Notes: generated from the sequence alone by a model not told the origin. A DNA stretch of 41,935 nt from Terrimicrobiaceae bacterium (GCA_044342325.1 JBIIPZ010000029.1:1-41935); one strand, 5' to 3'; numbered from the stretch's first letter, positions 27,528 to 38,135 are shown. Made by a program: numbers and translations.

Positions 27528-29360
27528 CTACTCGCCGCGTCCGCCGAAGTCCACTTTCGGATAGGTTTGCAGGTAGGCGGCGACTTCGTTTGTGAAGATG
27601 TTGCCGAACTCGGCGAGTTTCTTTTCGCCCATGCCGCCGATCATGCGCAGGGCGTCTGTGTTTGTGGGGTATTCGCGGGCCATTTGGCGGAGGGTGTTGT
27701 CGCCGAAAATCACATAGGCTGGCACGCTGCGCTCGTCGGCGAGGCGTTTGCGGAGTTTGCGTAGGCGGTCGAACAGTGTCTCGTCGCACTCGATCTCGCC
27801 GGTGCGGGGGACGCTGATTTTTTTCAGCTCCACCGGTTTTGAGAGCATGATGACGCGGCGGGATTTCAAGGCTTCGAGGCCAAGGTCGGTGAGGGCGATG
27901 GTGGGAAATTGTCCCGCATCCTGCGCGAGAAAGCCGAGCCGTAGGAGGTCGCGGCCGATGGCGCTCCACTGCGGGCGTGCGAGATCTTTACCGATGCCGT
28001 AGGTGCTGAGCTGGTCATGACCCCAGCGTTGAATTTTTTCATTCGTGGAGCCGGTGAGAATTTCGATGAGGTGGTTCATGCCGACTCCGAAGCGCCCGCC
28101 TTGCCGCACGCGGTAAACGCAGGAGAGCAGCTTCTGGGCGTGGGTGGTGGCGTTGTAGCTCTCGCGTGGCTGGAGGCAGTTGTCGCACGAGGCGCAATTC
28201 GGTTCGGTGTAAGGATCGGCGAAATAGTGCAGCAACTCTCGGCGCCGACAGGTCGGGCAGTCCGCGTAGCCAATCATGAGCCGCAGTTGCTCGCGGGCGA
28301 TCTGCTGCTCGTGCGCATCAGTCATCTCATCGATGAAATGCGTCTGCTTCGCGGCATCGCCCGCGCTGAAGAGCAGGAGGCAATCACCGGGCAGTCCATC
28401 GCGGCCGGCTCGGCCTGTTTCCTGGTAATAGCCTTCGATATTTTTCGGGAGGTCATGGTGAATGACCCAGCGCACATTGGGTTTGTTGATGCCCATGCCG
28501 AAGGCGATGGTGGCACAAACAATGCGCGTCTCGTCGCGAATGAAGAGTTCCTGATTTTGCGCCCGTTCGTTGTTTGTGAGGCCCGCATGATACGGCACGG
28601 CGGCGAATCCACGCTCCGAGAGGCTTTCTGCGAGACGATCCGCCGAGGCGCGCGTAGCGCAATAGACGATGCCGCTATCCATCGGCCGCGATTTGATGAA
28701 GTCCAGAATCTGCTTCGTCGGCTGCTCCTTCGGAATGACGCGATAGGAGAGGTTGGGGCGATTGAAGCTCGCCACAAAGACCTCCGGCTCGCGGAGGCGG
28801 AGATGCTTGATGATATCCTTCCTCACGCGTTCGGTGGCGGTCGCCGTGAGCGCCATGAGAGGAATGTCGGGGAGCCACTCGCGCAGCTTCGCGATCTGGC
28901 GATACTCGGGACGGAAATCATGTCCCCACTCGGAAATGCAGTGGGCCTCGTCGATCGCGATCGCGCTGACATTCCAAGCGCGGAGGTTTTCCTGCCAATG
29001 GTCGAGCATGAGGCGCTCCGGCGCGGCGTAGAGAAGCCGGTAGCGGCCTTGGTGCAGACCTGCCAGGCGCGATTTGGTTTCCTTAACGCCGAGCGAGGAA
29101 TTCAAAAATGTCGCCTCCACACCCGCCGCCTCCAGCTGGTTCACCTGATCTTTCATGAGAGCGATCAAAGGCGACACAACAAGCGTCAACCCCTCCCGCA
29201 GCAAAGCCGGCAACTGAAAGCAAAGCGACTTGCCACCGCCCGTGGGCAACAGCGCAAAGGTATCCCGCCCGGCCAAGTTCGCCTCCATGATCTCGCGCTG
29301 GAGAGGGCGAAAATCATCATAACCGAATGTGGCTTTGAGCGCTTTTTGAAGTTTATCCAT
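27528..29360 (-). CDS. recQ: ATP-dependent DNA helicase RecQ
   Basis: PTGGGKS, DEAHCISEWGHDFRPEY, QETGRAGRDG, Zn-binding CRR...CASCDNC, winged helix, HRDC (VPAYVIF). Confidence 0.97.
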   Translation of the reverse strand: MDKLQKALKATFGYDDFRPLQREIMEANLAGRDTFALLPTGGGKSLCFQLPALLREGLTLVVSPLIALMKDQVNQLEAAGVEATFLNSSLGVKETKSRLAGLHQGRYRLLYAAPERLMLDHWQENLRAWNVSAIAIDEAHCISEWGHDFRPEYRQIAKLREWLPDIPLMALTATATERVRKDIIKHLRLREPEVFVASFNRPNLSYRVIPKEQPTKQILDFIKSRPMDSGIVYCATRASADRLAESLSERGFAAVPYHAGLTNNERAQNQELFIRDETRIVCATIAFGMGINKPNVRWVIHHDLPKNIEGYYQETGRAGRDGLPGDCLLLFSAGDAAKQTHFIDEMTDAHEQQIAREQLRLMIGYADCPTCRRRELLHYFADPYTEPNCASCDNCLQPRESYNATTHAQKLLSCVYRVRQGGRFGVGMNHLIEILTGSTNEKIQRWGHDQLSTYGIGKDLARPQWSAIGRDLLRLGFLAQDAGQFPTIALTDLGLEALKSRRVIMLSKPVELKKISVPRTGEIECDETLFDRLRKLRKRLADERSVPAYVIFGDNTLRQMAREYPTNTDALRMIGGMGEKKLAEFGNIFTNEVAAYLQTYPKVDFGGRGE

Positions 29361-29472
29361 GCGAGACAAGTCCCCGGAGACTCCGCAAGACACGGTGCTT
29401 TCGCTCCATTGTGAAGGAAATAAGCGCCATGCAGTCTATTGAGAAAGCGTGCTTCGTCAGCGGACTACTGGT

Positions 29473-30195
29473 TCAGGTTGTCGCGGTTTTTTGGATTTCG
29501 AGCAGGCGGGTGATGCCTCCTCGGGCGGCGGCTACCATTTGTTCCAATTGGGCTGGGCTGAATACATTTTCTTCGCCGCTGCCTTGGAGTTCCACGAAAT
29601 CGAGTTTATCGGTCATGACGACATTCATATCGACGCAGGCGTCGCGGTCTTCGATGTAGTCGAGATCGACGAGGACTTCGCCGTTCACGATGCCCACGCT
29701 CACGGCGGCGACTCGGTTTTTAACGGGGAGTTCCTTGATTTTTCCTTGTTGCACAAGCCATTGACCGGCGAGCTCGACGGCTACCGATGCGCCGGTGATC
29801 GCGGCTGTGCGCGTGCCACCATCTGCCTGCAAGACATCGCAATCCACCCAAAGTGTGCGCTGGCCGAGTTTTTCCAGATCTACGACCGCGCGGAGGGATC
29901 GACCGATGAGGCGTTGAATCTCGGTGCCGCGTCCGTCCACGCGTCCGCGCGAGGAGTCGCGTTGTTTGCGGGTGAGGGTCGAGTAAGGGAGCATGGAGTA
30001 TTCGGCCGTGATCCAGCCGCCGGTTTTGTTTTGTTCTTTCATCCAACGCGGCACGCTCTCTTCGATCGTGGCGGCGCAGATGACCTTGGTATTGCCGAAG
30101 GAAACAAGGACGGAGCCCTGGGCGTGGGGGGCGATGCCTTTTTCAAGGGTGACGGGTCGGATTTCGTGTGCTTGGCGGTTGTCGTGACGGCTCAT
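29473..30195 (-). CDS. rph: Ribonuclease PH
   Basis: GWITAEYSMLP, EIQRLIGRSLR, QADGGTRTA, DLDYIED. Confidence 0.97.
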   Translation of the reverse strand: MSRHDNRQAHEIRPVTLEKGIAPHAQGSVLVSFGNTKVICAATIEESVPRWMKEQNKTGGWITAEYSMLPYSTLTRKQRDSSRGRVDGRGTEIQRLIGRSLRAVVDLEKLGQRTLWVDCDVLQADGGTRTAAITGASVAVELAGQWLVQQGKIKELPVKNRVAAVSVGIVNGEVLVDLDYIEDRDACVDMNVVMTDKLDFVELQGSGEENVFSPAQLEQMVAAARGGITRLLEIQKTATT

Positions 30196-30260
30196 AAAAA
30201 GTGGGGAGTCTGATGGCAGGGAGCGGTGTCGGGCAAGGAACGATTAAAAAAAACGACCGC

Positions 30261-30289
30261 TTGACGCTTCGGAGCCTGTTGCATACCCT
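30261..30289 (+). promoter_or_regulatory. Sigma70-type promoter of rpsU
   Basis: TTGACG - 17 bp - TACCCT with an A-rich stretch upstream. Confidence 0.6.
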
Positions 30290-30322
30290 GCCCGTCCAAT
30301 TTTTTAGAAAGTAGGTGAATTT

Positions 30323-30529
30323 ATGCCGGAAATAATCGTTCGAAAAGGCGAGCCCATCGATAGAGCCCTGAAGCGTTTGAAAGGGAAGATCGATGCGGAG
30401 GGCTTGATGGATGAAGTGCGTCGTTTGCGCGCTTTTGAAACGCCCGTTCAGCGCACGCGCCGCAAAGCGAAAAACAACGCCAAGCGCGCCAAGTTGAAAA
30501 TCCGATTTAATTTCAACCCTGTGTCCTGA
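30323..30529 (+). CDS. rpsU: 30S ribosomal protein S21
   Basis: VRKGEPIDRALKRLK, FETP, basic C-terminus; AGGTG RBS. Confidence 0.93.
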   Translation: MPEIIVRKGEPIDRALKRLKGKIDAEGLMDEVRRLRAFETPVQRTRRKAKNNAKRAKLKIRFNFNPVS

Positions 30530-30531
30530 CA

Positions 30532-31374
30532 TTGGACAGAGGGCAAGTTGTTATCGCCGGCTGCGGTTTCCTTGGGGAAGCCACAGCCGGTTTCTTTTTA
30601 GAGGCGAGATGGCGCGTGCTCGGGCTTTGCGCGACAGCGGAATCCGCTGCCAGACTTGCAGAGCGGCCGTTTCCTGTCGCCGTCGTTGATATTTCGAAGC
30701 CCATTACTGCGCCTGCCGGATGGGAGAGCCCGGATGTGGTGGTGCACTGTGCCAGCTCGGGGCGCGGGGGGGCGGATGCCTATCGTGCGGTTTACCGGGA
30801 TGGCTTGGAGCATCTAAGGGACGCATTTTCTCCGAGGCGTCTGATTTTTACCGGTAGCACTTCGGTTTACTCGCAAGTCGATGGGGGTTGGGTCAGCGAG
30901 GATTCTCCCGTCGAGCCGGATCGCGAGACCGGGAGGGTGTTGCTCGAAGCGGAAAAGATCGCGCTTGATGGCGGCGGCATCGTGGCGAGGTTGGCTGGAA
31001 TTTACGGTCCTGGCCGCTCGGTGTTACTAAAAAAATTTCTCGATGGCTCGGCCGTGCTTGAGGCGGGAGGCAATCGCTGGATCAACCAAATCCACCGGGA
31101 TGATGGCGCGTGGGCGCTGCTCCAGTTGGCGCAGAACGAAGCGGCGGCTGGCATTTACAATGTGTGCGACGACACGCCGACGACGCAGCGCGAGATTTAC
31201 GGATGGATCGCGGATTTTTTGAATCGTCCGCTGCCGCCTGAAGGGCCGGCGGACCTGAACCGCAAACGCGGGTGGACGAGCAAACGCATCAGCAACGCGC
31301 GTCTGCGGGCAGTGGGCTGGAGTCCGCGCTACCCCGGCTATCGTGAAGCGTTGCCGGAACTTGTTGGCGCGTAG
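30532..31374 (+). CDS. Atypical SDR / NAD-dependent epimerase (YeeZ-like)
   Basis: IAGCGFLG, GSTSVY, RLAGIYGPGR, NQIHRDD, YNVCDD. Confidence 0.82.
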   Translation: MDRGQVVIAGCGFLGEATAGFFLEARWRVLGLCATAESAARLAERPFPVAVVDISKPITAPAGWESPDVVVHCASSGRGGADAYRAVYRDGLEHLRDAFSPRRLIFTGSTSVYSQVDGGWVSEDSPVEPDRETGRVLLEAEKIALDGGGIVARLAGIYGPGRSVLLKKFLDGSAVLEAGGNRWINQIHRDDGAWALLQLAQNEAAAGIYNVCDDTPTTQREIYGWIADFLNRPLPPEGPADLNRKRGWTSKRISNARLRAVGWSPRYPGYREALPELVGA

Positions 31375-31377
31375 GCG

Positions 31378-31785
31378 TTAATTTTCGGGCAGGGCCTGGA
31401 CTTGAATAACCGGCAGCGGGAAGCGGAGGCGGAGTTCGCCGTCGATTTTGACTTCCACCGTATAAATGCCGGCCGATGGGATTTGGAGTCCACCGAAGAC
31501 ATGGACATTTGTGGCATGGGCATCGAGGGCGGGGAGATGGAATTCGACCTCGCTCTCTGCGATGGGGGTATCCTCCTCCGGCGTAAGGATGGCGGATTGT
31601 TGCGTGAACCGACCGACGCCGCCACACCAGCGGGTCCAGAGGCAGAGCTTGAAAAAGCCGAGAGGCAGAACCGGAGCGGGAATCATCCCGATGATGCCCA
31701 CCAGCGTCTGCTGGCCGCTAGCCTCCTGGCGAACATCCTCGCAAAGCACGCAGGCCTGCAGATCGGGTAAAATGAGTTCTGACAT
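31378..31785 (-). CDS. Hypothetical beta-sandwich protein (DUF6941-like)
   Basis: LCEDVRQEASGQQTLVGI...GIYTVEVKIDG pattern. Confidence 0.6.
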   Translation of the reverse strand: MSELILPDLQACVLCEDVRQEASGQQTLVGIIGMIPAPVLPLGFFKLCLWTRWCGGVGRFTQQSAILTPEEDTPIAESEVEFHLPALDAHATNVHVFGGLQIPSAGIYTVEVKIDGELRLRFPLPVIQVQALPEN

Positions 31786-31903
31786 GTCGACAATAGACTC
31801 TGCGAAGGGCCTCCATGCACGAACGAAATGAGAGGGCCGTCCCGGCACCCGGGGAACTTTCTAAATTCTGTGCAAAGTTTGTTTCGGGGCGCAGAATGCC
31901 CAT

Positions 31904-32551
31904 ATGCCAACCGAGTCCGAAATCCATCAACTTCGTCGTGATTATCAGCGCGAGCCGCTTGATCTGGCTTCATTCCATAACGATCCGCTGGTGCAGTTCC
32001 GTGTGTGGTTTGAGGAGGCGCGGAGCGCGGGGATTCTTGAGCCGAATGCCATGACGCTGGGCACGGCGGACGGTTTGTGCCGCATTTCTTGCCGCACGGT
32101 TTTGCTCAAGGGCATCGACGGCGGCGGATTCGTTTTTTTCACGAACTATGGCAGCCGCAAGGCCCGACAGATCGAGGAGAATCCTCAAGCGGCGCTGCTG
32201 TTTCCTTGGATCGCGTTGGAGCGGCAGGTCGAGGTGGCTGGCCGCGTGGAAAAAATTTCCGAAGCCGAGTCGCTGGAGTATTTTCTCAGCCGCCCCTTCG
32301 GCAGCCGCATCGGAGCTTGGGTCTCCGAGCAAAGTTCCGTGATCCCCTCGCGCGAGGTTCTGGTTTCAAGATTTGAGGAGCTGAAAAAGCAGTTTGCTGA
32401 CGGGAATGTGCCGAAGCCCGAGGGTTGGGGTGGCTATCGTGTGGTGCCGGAGACGATCGAGTTCTGGCAGGGCGGCGCCGATCGCTTGCATGACCGTTTT
32501 CTCTACAGCCGCGTGGATGCGGGATGGAAAATATCTCGGCTGAGTCCTTGA
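31904..32551 (+). CDS. pdxH: Pyridoxamine 5'-phosphate oxidase
   Basis: LRRDY, EPNAM, RTVLLK, TNYGSRK, EFWQG, RLHDR, RLSP. Confidence 0.96.
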   Translation: MPTESEIHQLRRDYQREPLDLASFHNDPLVQFRVWFEEARSAGILEPNAMTLGTADGLCRISCRTVLLKGIDGGGFVFFTNYGSRKARQIEENPQAALLFPWIALERQVEVAGRVEKISEAESLEYFLSRPFGSRIGAWVSEQSSVIPSREVLVSRFEELKKQFADGNVPKPEGWGGYRVVPETIEFWQGGADRLHDRFLYSRVDAGWKISRLSP

Positions 32552-32575
32552 AAGCCTCCGAGGCACGCGGCGGCT

Positions 32576-34513
32576 TTATTTTGCCTGCTTATGCTGGTCG
32601 TCGAAGTTCAGGTAGGTGTAGAGCGTGAGGCTTTTTTCGTAGTCGTCCAGCAGGCGCATGGCCTCATTGGGCTTCAGGCGGTCGCTTTTGATCGCGGCAT
32701 CGGTTTGGGCCTTCATTTGGCGGGCGAGTTCGTTGACATCCCACTGTGTTAGCGAGAGGACTTGGCCGATTGTGCTGCCGGGCAAGACTTCCTCGACATA
32801 GTGTCCGGAGTCCTCGTCCTCATCGAGGTAGATGTGCATTTCGTTCACGCGGCCGAAAAGGTTGTGGAGGTCGCCCATGATGTCCTGATACGCGCCAGCA
32901 AGGAAGAAGCCAATGTAGTAAGGCTCGCCGGGATGCCAGCGGTGGAGCGGGAGGGTTTCCTTCACATCCTGCAGGTCGATGAATTTCGCGACTTTGCCAT
33001 CCGAGTCGCAGGTGATGTCCACCAGGGTCGCGTTGCGGTCGGGCCGTTCGTTGAGGCGATGGATCGGCATGACGGGGAAGAGTTGGCCGAGTGCCCAGTG
33101 GTCGAGGAGGGATTGGAAAACGGAGAAGTTGCAGAGGTATTGGTCGCCGATGGCGATTTCGATTTCGCGGACTTCCTCGGGGATGTGTTCGGCATCGCGG
33201 AAAAGCTCCACGATATTTGCGGCGATCTGCCAATAGACGGTTTCGATACCGGCTTTGGCGCGGAGGTCGAGGAGTCCGAGGTCGAACATCGATTGGGCGC
33301 GTTCGCGGATTTCCTGGGCGTCGTGGAGGTTCTCGAGGCGGTTTTGCGGAGTGAGATTGTTGCGGATTTCCAGGATGTCGGCGAGGAGTGGAATCTCTCC
33401 GCCTGATGTCGCCGTTGGGGTTTCCTGGCGGCTGGCTTTTTCGATGGCGCCAAAGGTTTCCACAATGAGCACCGAGTGCTGGGCGACGATTGCCCGGCCG
33501 CTCTCGCTGACAAGCGTGGGATGCGCAACAGACTCCGAGTCGCAGACCTCCTTCACGGTATAAACGATGTCGCGCACATACTCGTCGAGTGAGTAGTTCA
33601 TCGAACTGTCGAAGGTCGTGCGGGAACCATCGTAATCCACGCCGAGACCGCCGCCGACATCGAGATAGCCAAGTTCGTGGCCCATTTTGGATAGCTTCGC
33701 ATAGAAGCGGGCGGCTTCGCGGACTGCGCGTTTGATAGTGCCGATGTCGGGCACTTGGGAGCCGACATGGAAATGCACAAGCTTGAGGCAGTGGGCGAGT
33801 CCGGCAGCGTGGAGCATGTCGCTGGCCTCCACCAGGTCGGCGGTGGAGAGGCCGAACTTGGCATTCTCTCCGCCACTGGTGGCCCACTTGCCGGCACCCT
33901 TCGAGAGAAGGCGGACGCGCAGGCCGATGAGGGGCTCGATTTTCATCGTCTGCGAAACCCGGAGGATGTGTGCGAGCTCTTCCAGCTTTTCCACGACGAG
34001 AATGACCGTCTTGCCGAGCTTGCGGCCGAGGAGGGCGTTTTGAATGAAGCTGGTGTCCTTGTAGCCGTTGCAAATCACGAGACTTTCGGGGTCCGAGTGC
34101 ACGGCAAGCGCCGCGAGGAGCTCGGGCTTGCTGCCGGCCTCGATGCCGAAGTGCCAGGGCTTGCCGGCATCGATGATCTCTTCCACGACCTCGCGGAGTT
34201 GGTTCACCTTGATGGGAAAAACCCCCCGGTATGGCGAGTTGTATCCTGACTCGGAAATGGCCGTGGCAAAGGCTTTATTGATCGTCTCCACTCGGTCGCG
34301 CAAGAGGTCGTGAAAACGCACGACGAGCGGGAAGGCCAACTTGCGGCTTCGGGCCTCGGCGACGACATCCATGAGATCGATCGTCTCGCCGTTGCGCTTG
34401 GGATAAACGCACACATGGCCGGCGTCGTTGATGCCGAAGTAGTCACCGCTCCAGCGGTCGATGTTGTAGAGTTCGCGGGCTTCGGCGATGTCGAAGGATG
34501 TGGTGGTTTCCAT
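32576..34513 (-). CDS. speA: Biosynthetic arginine decarboxylase
   Basis: FPIKVNQ, EAGSKPE, KFGL, HFHVGSQ, DVGGGLGVDYDG, DITCDSDG, GAYQDIMGDLHNLFG. Confidence 0.97.
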   Translation of the reverse strand: METTTSFDIAEARELYNIDRWSGDYFGINDAGHVCVYPKRNGETIDLMDVVAEARSRKLAFPLVVRFHDLLRDRVETINKAFATAISESGYNSPYRGVFPIKVNQLREVVEEIIDAGKPWHFGIEAGSKPELLAALAVHSDPESLVICNGYKDTSFIQNALLGRKLGKTVILVVEKLEELAHILRVSQTMKIEPLIGLRVRLLSKGAGKWATSGGENAKFGLSTADLVEASDMLHAAGLAHCLKLVHFHVGSQVPDIGTIKRAVREAARFYAKLSKMGHELGYLDVGGGLGVDYDGSRTTFDSSMNYSLDEYVRDIVYTVKEVCDSESVAHPTLVSESGRAIVAQHSVLIVETFGAIEKASRQETPTATSGGEIPLLADILEIRNNLTPQNRLENLHDAQEIRERAQSMFDLGLLDLRAKAGIETVYWQIAANIVELFRDAEHIPEEVREIEIAIGDQYLCNFSVFQSLLDHWALGQLFPVMPIHRLNERPDRNATLVDITCDSDGKVAKFIDLQDVKETLPLHRWHPGEPYYIGFFLAGAYQDIMGDLHNLFGRVNEMHIYLDEDEDSGHYVEEVLPGSTIGQVLSLTQWDVNELARQMKAQTDAAIKSDRLKPNEAMRLLDDYEKSLTLYTYLNFDDQHKQAK

Positions 34514-34516
34514 GGC

Positions 34517-35773
34517 TTAAAAGTTGATGACGGTCTGTGTCGATGTGTGGCTCACTGCAGCGGCTTCCTCGGGCGTGATCCAGCGTTCGGCGAATGCGGG
34601 GCCCCATGAGTCCGAGATGGCAATTTCACCGGTTTGCTTGTTGTAGCCGATGATCATGCAAACATGGGCACTGTCGCGCTGTGGCCGAAACTTCCTAACC
34701 TCCTTGCGCGCCGCGGCGAGAACTTTTTTCCATTCATTTATGTCGGTTGTGCTCTTGCGTGCTCCAATGCGGCTGTTCACAGCATTGTTGAAGTCTTGCG
34801 TGGAGAACATCGCCCACATGATCGGCAGGCCGCGATCAATGAATCGCGAGGTGCTTACCGCATCGATCTTCATCGCGGGGGACTCGATTCTTCTTCCTGC
34901 TTGGATAATGGACTGGCTTGCGCCAGCAGAGACGGCATCGACTGATGAACCTCCGCCAGCCTCTGTCTCACCTGCCATCGCAAGGGTATACATGTCGGCG
35001 GGAACCCCCATGTAGCGCATGACACGCTCCCAGGTGGCCGGAACGCAGTAACCCTTCGGCCCTTGATTCACCATCGGCATGTCTTTCAAGAGCACATCTC
35101 CGTTTGCTCTTTTTTCGATGCGATTGGCGACGGCCTCTCGAATCACGGAATCTGGAATGCGCGATTTCCCTCCGGCATCCGCCGACTCGGTGGTCATGAT
35201 CCGGAGAGCAACATATTCGTCACGCGGCGCGGCGAGTAGGAATGCGTGCCCTTTCCAGTCCCATCTCTTGACTGACTCGCGTGTTTCGCGGCCTTGGCCG
35301 AAGCTGTCTGCAACCGGTTCGCCAAAAAGCTTGGTCAGCACTTCGGTAAGATTTTTTCTGTCGTTTTGAATGCTTCGTTTGTAATCGCGAATCTGCGTGT
35401 TTCTAACTCGAGAGGAGCCCTGTTCGGTATCAACCGCATCTCCTTTGTTGGCGAAAATGATGGAAAGTCTGGCCGGTTTATCCTGCTCGGCATAGAGCGC
35501 GAGGGAATAAGGGCGACATCCCAGCAAGAGTTCACTTGCGTCGGGGTATTTACGGAAACTTGAGTCGATGGAGGTTCGGGATTCTTCGGGCCATTCAAGA
35601 CGGGCGGCCACATCCTGCGCATTGTCATCCCACAGGAATTCATCCGCAAAAATCGGCACTCCGAAGGCTTCATTCAAATCCAAGGTTGTCGGTGCGCCCG
35701 ACGCGCTTTTTGTCAGAATCAGAAACACACCGGCCACGATCAAGAAGGCGGCTTTCGTGTAGAGTGGGTTCAT
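34517..35773 (-). CDS. Exported protein with C-terminal C39-like (papain-fold) cysteine peptidase domain
   Basis: Signal peptide; QGPKGYCVPAT (Gln/Cys), HVCMIIGY (His), SDSWG (Asp); start 35773 or 35815. Confidence 0.7.
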   Translation of the reverse strand: MNPLYTKAAFLIVAGVFLILTKSASGAPTTLDLNEAFGVPIFADEFLWDDNAQDVAARLEWPEESRTSIDSSFRKYPDASELLLGCRPYSLALYAEQDKPARLSIIFANKGDAVDTEQGSSRVRNTQIRDYKRSIQNDRKNLTEVLTKLFGEPVADSFGQGRETRESVKRWDWKGHAFLLAAPRDEYVALRIMTTESADAGGKSRIPDSVIREAVANRIEKRANGDVLLKDMPMVNQGPKGYCVPATWERVMRYMGVPADMYTLAMAGETEAGGGSSVDAVSAGASQSIIQAGRRIESPAMKIDAVSTSRFIDRGLPIMWAMFSTQDFNNAVNSRIGARKSTTDINEWKKVLAAARKEVRKFRPQRDSAHVCMIIGYNKQTGEIAISDSWGPAFAERWITPEEAAAVSHTSTQTVINF

Positions 35774-35914
35774 CAAAAGAGTCGGCAGACTAAGACTCTG
35801 GGAAATTTTTTCCATACGAATTCTGCGCCCGCTAAAATTTTTGTCTGATCCATTTCTTCCGTGGTGACACGGTAGGGTTCCAGGATGTATTGGTCGATTG
35901 CCGAATCACTCAAT

Positions 35915-37423
35915 ATGTATCGACCCAAATCCGCGGAATTCACCGAAGAGCAGGGCGTTTTCTTCCCCGAACTGGCATCCGCCGACCGCGCCCGAGCGGC
36001 GGGAGCCGTAAAAAACTTCGTCTTGGACACCAATGTTCTTTTGCACGACCCGCATTGTTTGAATCGTTTTGAAAACAACCATGTTTTCATTCCGGTGGAT
36101 GTCCTGACCGAGTTGGACAATTTCAAGAATGAGCAAAGCGAGCGCGGTGCGAACGCACGGCAGGCGCACAGGCTCTTGAGCGGTATTTTTGGCCACGACT
36201 CTGTGAGTGTCACGGGCGGCGCTCCGACCACTGGCGGCGGCACGGTGAGGGTGCTGGTGAATAATTTCCTCGAGAAGAGCCGTCAGTCGGCAGGCATGAA
36301 GCGGTTCGTAAAAATTTTCCCGGATCAGAACCGCATGGATCACCGGATCATTGGAGCTGCGTTGGCACTGCAGGAGCAGGAGACCGCGCCCACTTTTCTC
36401 GTTACCAAGGATATCAACATGCAGCTCCGTGCGATGGCGATCGGGCTGCCGTGTGAGGATTACCTCAACGACAAGGTGGCGGTGCCCGATGTGGAGACCG
36501 GGGAGTTGCGTTCGATCGAGGTCGAGGCGCACGAGTTGCAGCGTTTCGGCAGTTCGGGTTCCATCGAGTTACCCGAATCGCGCATTGGGGCTCTGGATTT
36601 GAACGAATATGTTTTGCTGAAGGTCTCGGATTCGAAACACCTCCCAGCCCGATATAACGGCCAAGGTCGCCTGTCTCGTCTCAATATCCCGCCAAATCTC
36701 CAAATCCCGAAGGGAATCGAATTGCGGCCAGCCAATCCGGGGCAGCAGTGCTTCTTGGATGCGTTGCTGGATCCCACGATCTCGCTGGTGACCTGCTACG
36801 GTCAGGCTGGAACGGGCAAAACGCTTCTCGCCGTCGCGGCGGGACTTTATCTTACCGGTCGCAATGATTTCAATGGCCTCACCGTGAGCCGTCCGGTCGT
36901 CGCCATGGGTGACACGCTGGGCTTTCTTCCCGGCACGCTGAATGAAAAAATGCATCCCTGGCTGCAGTCGATCTACGATGCTTGCGAGGTGCTCTTGCCT
37001 TTCCAACCGGTCAAGCGCGGTGTGAAAAATCGTCCCGATGCGGACCGCCGAAAGGACGCGTCCCCCTCGCAGCAGCATCCAGTCGTGAAACCCTACGAGC
37101 AACTCATCGAGCGAGGTCTGCTCGAAATCGAGGCGCTCTGCTACATTCGCGGCCGCTCGATTCCGAATCGCTTCTTCGTGCTCGACGAGGCCCAGCAGCT
37201 CACGCCGCTCGAAGCCAAGACCGTAGTGACGCGCATGTCGCGTGGATCAAAGCTGGTCATGGTTGGCGATCCTGCCCAGATCGATAACCCGTATGTAGAC
37301 AGCCGATCGAACGGGCTTGTTTACACTCGCAACCGGCTTCGCGGTCAGTCGCTCACGGCCCACATCCGCTTGAGCAAGGGCGAGCGCAGTCCGTTGGCTG
37401 AAATCGGCGCGAGCAAGATGTGA
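35915..37423 (+). CDS. PhoH-family protein with N-terminal PIN domain (PhoH2/YlaK-like)
   Basis: FVLDTNVLLHDP, VTKDIN, GQAGTGKT, GFLPG, YIRGRS, DEAQ, GDPAQID; start 35885 or 35915. Confidence 0.92.
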   Translation: MYRPKSAEFTEEQGVFFPELASADRARAAGAVKNFVLDTNVLLHDPHCLNRFENNHVFIPVDVLTELDNFKNEQSERGANARQAHRLLSGIFGHDSVSVTGGAPTTGGGTVRVLVNNFLEKSRQSAGMKRFVKIFPDQNRMDHRIIGAALALQEQETAPTFLVTKDINMQLRAMAIGLPCEDYLNDKVAVPDVETGELRSIEVEAHELQRFGSSGSIELPESRIGALDLNEYVLLKVSDSKHLPARYNGQGRLSRLNIPPNLQIPKGIELRPANPGQQCFLDALLDPTISLVTCYGQAGTGKTLLAVAAGLYLTGRNDFNGLTVSRPVVAMGDTLGFLPGTLNEKMHPWLQSIYDACEVLLPFQPVKRGVKNRPDADRRKDASPSQQHPVVKPYEQLIERGLLEIEALCYIRGRSIPNRFFVLDEAQQLTPLEAKTVVTRMSRGSKLVMVGDPAQIDNPYVDSRSNGLVYTRNRLRGQSLTAHIRLSKGERSPLAEIGASKM

Positions 37424-37478
37424 TGTGCATTTTTAAATTTTCAGGGTCGGGCGAGCCGGACAGAGTGGTTGTTTGAAA

Positions 37479-38096
37479 ATGGATGATCTGAAGAATCGAA
37501 ATATTCACCCGGAGACGCGGCGTTTTTTAGGGCGTAGCGAGAAGGAAGATTTGCTCGGGCAGCGCGGTGCGGTGCTTTGGCTTTACGGGCTCTCCGGTTC
37601 GGGAAAATCCACGATCGCCAATGCGGTCGAGCGGGCTTTGCATTCGGAGGGGAGGTTCACCGCGATCCTCGACGGCGACAATCTGCGTGCGGGCTTGAAT
37701 GCCAATCTCGGCTTCTCGGATGAGGACCGTGCGGAAAATGTCCGGCGCGTCGCCGAGACAGCCAAGCTCCTCGCGGGTTTGGGAGTTATCGTGATTGTGT
37801 CTGTCATAACTCCACGCCGGGAATTGCGGGCGGTGGCGGGTCGAATCATCGGCGGGGATTTCCACGAGGTTTATGTGCGCGCGGCCTTTGAGACTTGTGC
37901 GGCGAGGGATCCCAAGGGGCTGTATGCAAAGGCCAGGGATGGCGCGATCAAGCAGTTCACTGGCAAGGACAGCGGTTTCGAGGAACCCGACAACGGGTGC
38001 CTGACTCTTGACACGGAGGCTTCTTCGGAAGAGGAATGTTCCTCGCATTTGCTCGAATATCTCCGTTCGGCCACGGCCCACGGACGCCCGCTCTGA
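37479..38096 (+). CDS. cysC: Adenylyl-sulfate kinase
   Basis: GLSGSGKST, LDGDNLR, RDPKGLY, FTG...FEEP. Confidence 0.95.
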   Translation: MDDLKNRNIHPETRRFLGRSEKEDLLGQRGAVLWLYGLSGSGKSTIANAVERALHSEGRFTAILDGDNLRAGLNANLGFSDEDRAENVRRVAETAKLLAGLGVIVIVSVITPRRELRAVAGRIIGGDFHEVYVRAAFETCAARDPKGLYAKARDGAIKQFTGKDSGFEEPDNGCLTLDTEASSEEECSSHLLEYLRSATAHGRPL

Positions 38097-38135
38097 CCAG
38101 CGCGGCCGCTTTTGCAAAGCGCTCTTCAACCACAC

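Noticed and set aside
28017..29414. 465-aa plus-strand ORF
   Set aside because: Antisense shadow of recQ, typical of GC-rich codon usage; no motifs.
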